Virus record (IMG/VR): IMGVR_UViG_3300032224_001473
Coordinates: 2,489 to 66,488 of that record
DNA from: a virus
Reading direction: 5' to 3' (one strand)
DNA: 64,000 bases
Under the pieces are notes generated by a model. That model worked only from the letters and a program-made list of their open reading frames with translations, had not been told where the DNA came from and did no database searches. A program made the translations under genes and the position numbers. Below, in pieces: positions 61,744 through 64,000 of this stretch. Each line of letters starts with the position of its first letter. Position 1 is the stretch's first letter.

Positions 61744-61965
61744 ATGGGTATACAATTTAGAGGAGGACTTAAAATCATTCCAAATGTTCACAATTTAACA
61801 CCAACGCCTACACCAACGGCAACTCCAACAGGTGCACCAACTAGTACGCCAACACCGGTACCTACTAGTACACCAACCCCTACACCATCCGTACCATCTT
61901 GTGATATTACATATAATGTAGTACCATTTGACTTGACTTGTGATATAACTTATAATATAATATAA
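61744..61965 (+). CDS. Small PT-repeat protein with two CDITYN motifs
   Basis: TATTTATA box upstream, 73 aa. Confidence 0.65.
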   Translation: MGIQFRGGLKIIPNVHNLTPTPTPTATPTGAPTSTPTPVPTSTPTPTPSVPSCDITYNVVPFDLTCDITYNII

Positions 61966-61984
61966 AAATAAAGATAGATATAAA

Positions 61985-64000
61985 ATGGCAACAACAGTTC
62001 AGATATTAACAACAAATTATAGTGGTCAAACTGCTACAATTACATTTTCACCATGTAGTGGAGGAACAATTAATTTAGGATCACATATTATTCCCTACAA
62101 CTATGTAAGTGACAATTACTTAGGTGATTATTCATTGTATTTTGCCGATTTTAGTCAAACTTGTACGTTTAATATTCCATGCGCAACACCAACCCCAACC
62201 CCAACCCCAACGGTAATTGTTGCAACAGCAACACCAACTCCAGAACCAACACCAACACCGGCACCTACAGCAACACCAACTCCAGAACCAACACCAACAC
62301 CGGCACCTACAGCAACACCGGCACCTACAGCAACAGCAACACCGGCACCTACAGCAACACCGGCACCTACAGCAACACCGGCACCTACAGCAACACCGGC
62401 ACCTACAGCAACAGCAACACCGGCACCTACAGCAACACCGGCACCAACAGCGACCCCTGTACCAACAGATACACCAACCCCTACACCGGATGCAACACCT
62501 TATTTTGTTGTTATAAGACAAAGTTGTTATGGTTATGATTTATATAATATAGAAGAAGACCAAAATCCTAACTCACCCTCATATGGTCAACAGAATCAAG
62601 GTAGTTTAGTTGAGGCTAATAGTCTTGCGTGTGGATATAATGGTGGTGGTGATACAACACCTAATTATGTTGTTGTGAGACAAGATTGTTATGGTTTTGA
62701 TTTATATAATGTAGAACAAGACATAAACCCTAATTCATATACAAATGGTCAAGAACAACAAGGTACTTTAGTTACTATTAATAGTGTTGATTGTGGATAT
62801 GTTGCACCGACAGAAACACCAACACCAACACCAACTAGTACGCCAACGCCAGAACCAACCGCAACACCAACTCCTACACCAACACCAACATTTACATCAT
62901 TTAATGGTAAAATGTTCACCGGACAAACAAGTTTTAATTGTGCTTGTGAAGATATTGGAACAGATGATGTATTTTACATAAATGGTGGAGATTTAAACGC
63001 CCCATATACGTACTTATATTTTGATGAACAACTTACGCAAACAGTACCAAATGGTAATCTTTATAAGTTAATTTCTACTGATGGATTTGACACAACAGTA
63101 ATTGTTACTGTTGATGAAACAGGAGCCGTGACATTTGTATACGATTGTACAACTTTTATAAATGATTTTAATGGTATAGCGTATCCTTCTTCTGGTATAA
63201 CGTCATATTATGATCTTTGCCAAGAAGTTGGCACTAATGAAGTTTTTCACGTTGATTTAGGAGGTACACTTACCGTAGGAAATTATTTATATTCTTCACT
63301 ATCTTGTACACCAGCATCACCTGATTATACATATAAATTAATATCTACAGATGGACTTAATACAACTTATATTGTTACTATTCTAAATTCTTTAGGTGGT
63401 ATAAGTTCAATTACAGATTGTTCACTAGTTGAAACTCCGACTCCAACCCCTACACCGGAACCAACATCAACTCCAACCCCTACACCTACAAATAATCCTA
63501 ATTCACCAACAACATTTAATGTATATGTTAGTGAAACGGATCCACAAATTGCTTGTAATGGAGGAGACACACCTATGGGTACTTTCCATCAATTTACAAT
63601 TGTAGGAAATACAAATGATTTATGTACATCAACAGGATTTACTAATTGTTTTTTCATACCAACATATGATCTTTATACATTTTATATAAGTGATGGTACA
63701 AACTCTAGATTATTACAAAGAATAGGTGGAGTTTCAGGTACAACCGCAACTACAGTTGGAAGTTGTGAATTATGTGGTCAAACACCAACATCAACTCCGG
63801 TGCCAACAGCAACACCAACTCCAGCTCCAACGGAGACACCGGTACCAACAGCAACACCAACTCCAGCTCCAACGGAGACACCGGAACCAACTGCAACACC
63901 AGTACCAACTAGTACACCAACCCCAACACCGGAACCAACTGCAACACCAGTACCAACTAGTACACCAACCCCAACACCGGAACCAACTGCAACACCAGTA
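61985..64000 (+). CDS. Pro/Thr-rich, Cys-rich mucin-like putative virion protein (3' end outside window; not in ORF track)
   Basis: ATG 61985 ([24 protein letters not shown]...) appears open to the window end. PT linkers separate duplicated Cys-containing domains. Confidence 0.8.
   Translation, partial: MATTVQILTTNYSGQTATITFSPCSGGTINLGSHIIPYNYVSDNYLGDYSLYFADFSQTCTFNIPCATPTPTPTPTVIVATATPTPEPTPTPAPTATPTPEPTPTPAPTATPAPTATATPAPTATPAPTATPAPTATPAPTATATPAPTATPAPTATPVPTDTPTPTPDATPYFVVIRQSCYGYDLYNIEEDQNPNSPSYGQQNQGSLVEANSLACGYNGGGDTTPNYVVVRQDCYGFDLYNVEQDINPNSYTNGQEQQGTLVTINSVDCGYVAPTETPTPTPTSTPTPEPTATPTPTPTPTFTSFNGKMFTGQTSFNCACEDIGTDDVFYINGGDLNAPYTYLYFDEQLTQTVPNGNLYKLISTDGFDTTVIVTVDETGAVTFVYDCTTFINDFNGIAYPSSGITSYYDLCQEVGTNEVFHVDLGGTLTVGNYLYSSLSCTPASPDYTYKLISTDGLNTTYIVTILNSLGGISSITDCSLVETPTPTPTPEPTSTPTPTPTNNPNSPTTFNVYVSETDPQIACNGGDTPMGTFHQFTIVGNTNDLCTSTGFTNCFFIPTYDLYTFYISDGTNSRLLQRIGGVSGTTATTVGSCELCGQTPTSTPVPTATPTPAPTETPVPTATPTPAPTETPEPTATPVPTSTPTPTPEPTATPVPTSTPTPTPEPTATPV
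62224..62450 (+). repeat. 18-24 bp tandem repeats encoding PAPTAT
   Basis: Multiple near-identical copies of accggcacctacagcaac. Confidence 0.85.
63797..64000 (+). repeat. 42-bp and 48-bp tandem repeats encoding PT linkers
   Basis: Two near-identical 42-mers, then ccggaaccaactgcaacaccagtaccaactagtacaccaaccccaaca at 63881, 63929 and partially at 63977. Confidence 0.85.

Noticed and set aside
1-64000. Stop-codon reassignment as seen in some large phages
   Set aside because: Genes are long and intact in the standard code, and TAA, TAG and TGA all end genes adjacent to the next start.

Overview
An AT-rich, gene-dense segment, almost entirely on the + strand, from a large tailed phage with a contractile-type baseplate. 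The host is most likely Bacteroidota: there are TAnnTTTG promoter boxes, A-rich starts without Shine-Dalgarno sequences, an Hc1-like protein, a DUF6576-like tail and a signal peptide that appears to cleave before Gln. Gene order: DnaB-like helicase (5' end outside the window), class II ribonucleotide reductase, a ~21 kb baseplate/tail block, RuvC-like resolvase, primase, exonuclease, Mre11/Rad50 interrupted by a probable restriction-modification pair, ClpP, membrane/lysis genes, a sigma-70 factor, probable head-internal proteins, Hc1, Dam-family methylase, NusG, AAA ATPase, thioredoxin and glutaredoxin. These are followed by three very large Gly-X-Ser collagen-like fibre proteins and Pro/Thr-rich, Cys-rich proteins (the last runs off the window end). 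Main observations: (1) a short [S/T]-G-x-T or [S/T]-G-S peptide motif recurs many times across unrelated putative outer virion proteins but is absent from the enzymes and core baseplate proteins checked, a candidate sequon for virion-wide modification such as glycosylation; (2) a conserved TATTTAT(A) box upstream of late genes; (3) a GC-rich structured RNA or attenuator upstream of primase; (4) an A10 slippery site that would extend a membrane protein by -1 frameshift; (5) an Mre11/Rad50 pair apparently split at an atypical point. All calls come from reading motifs by eye; no database searches were run, and counts are manual.
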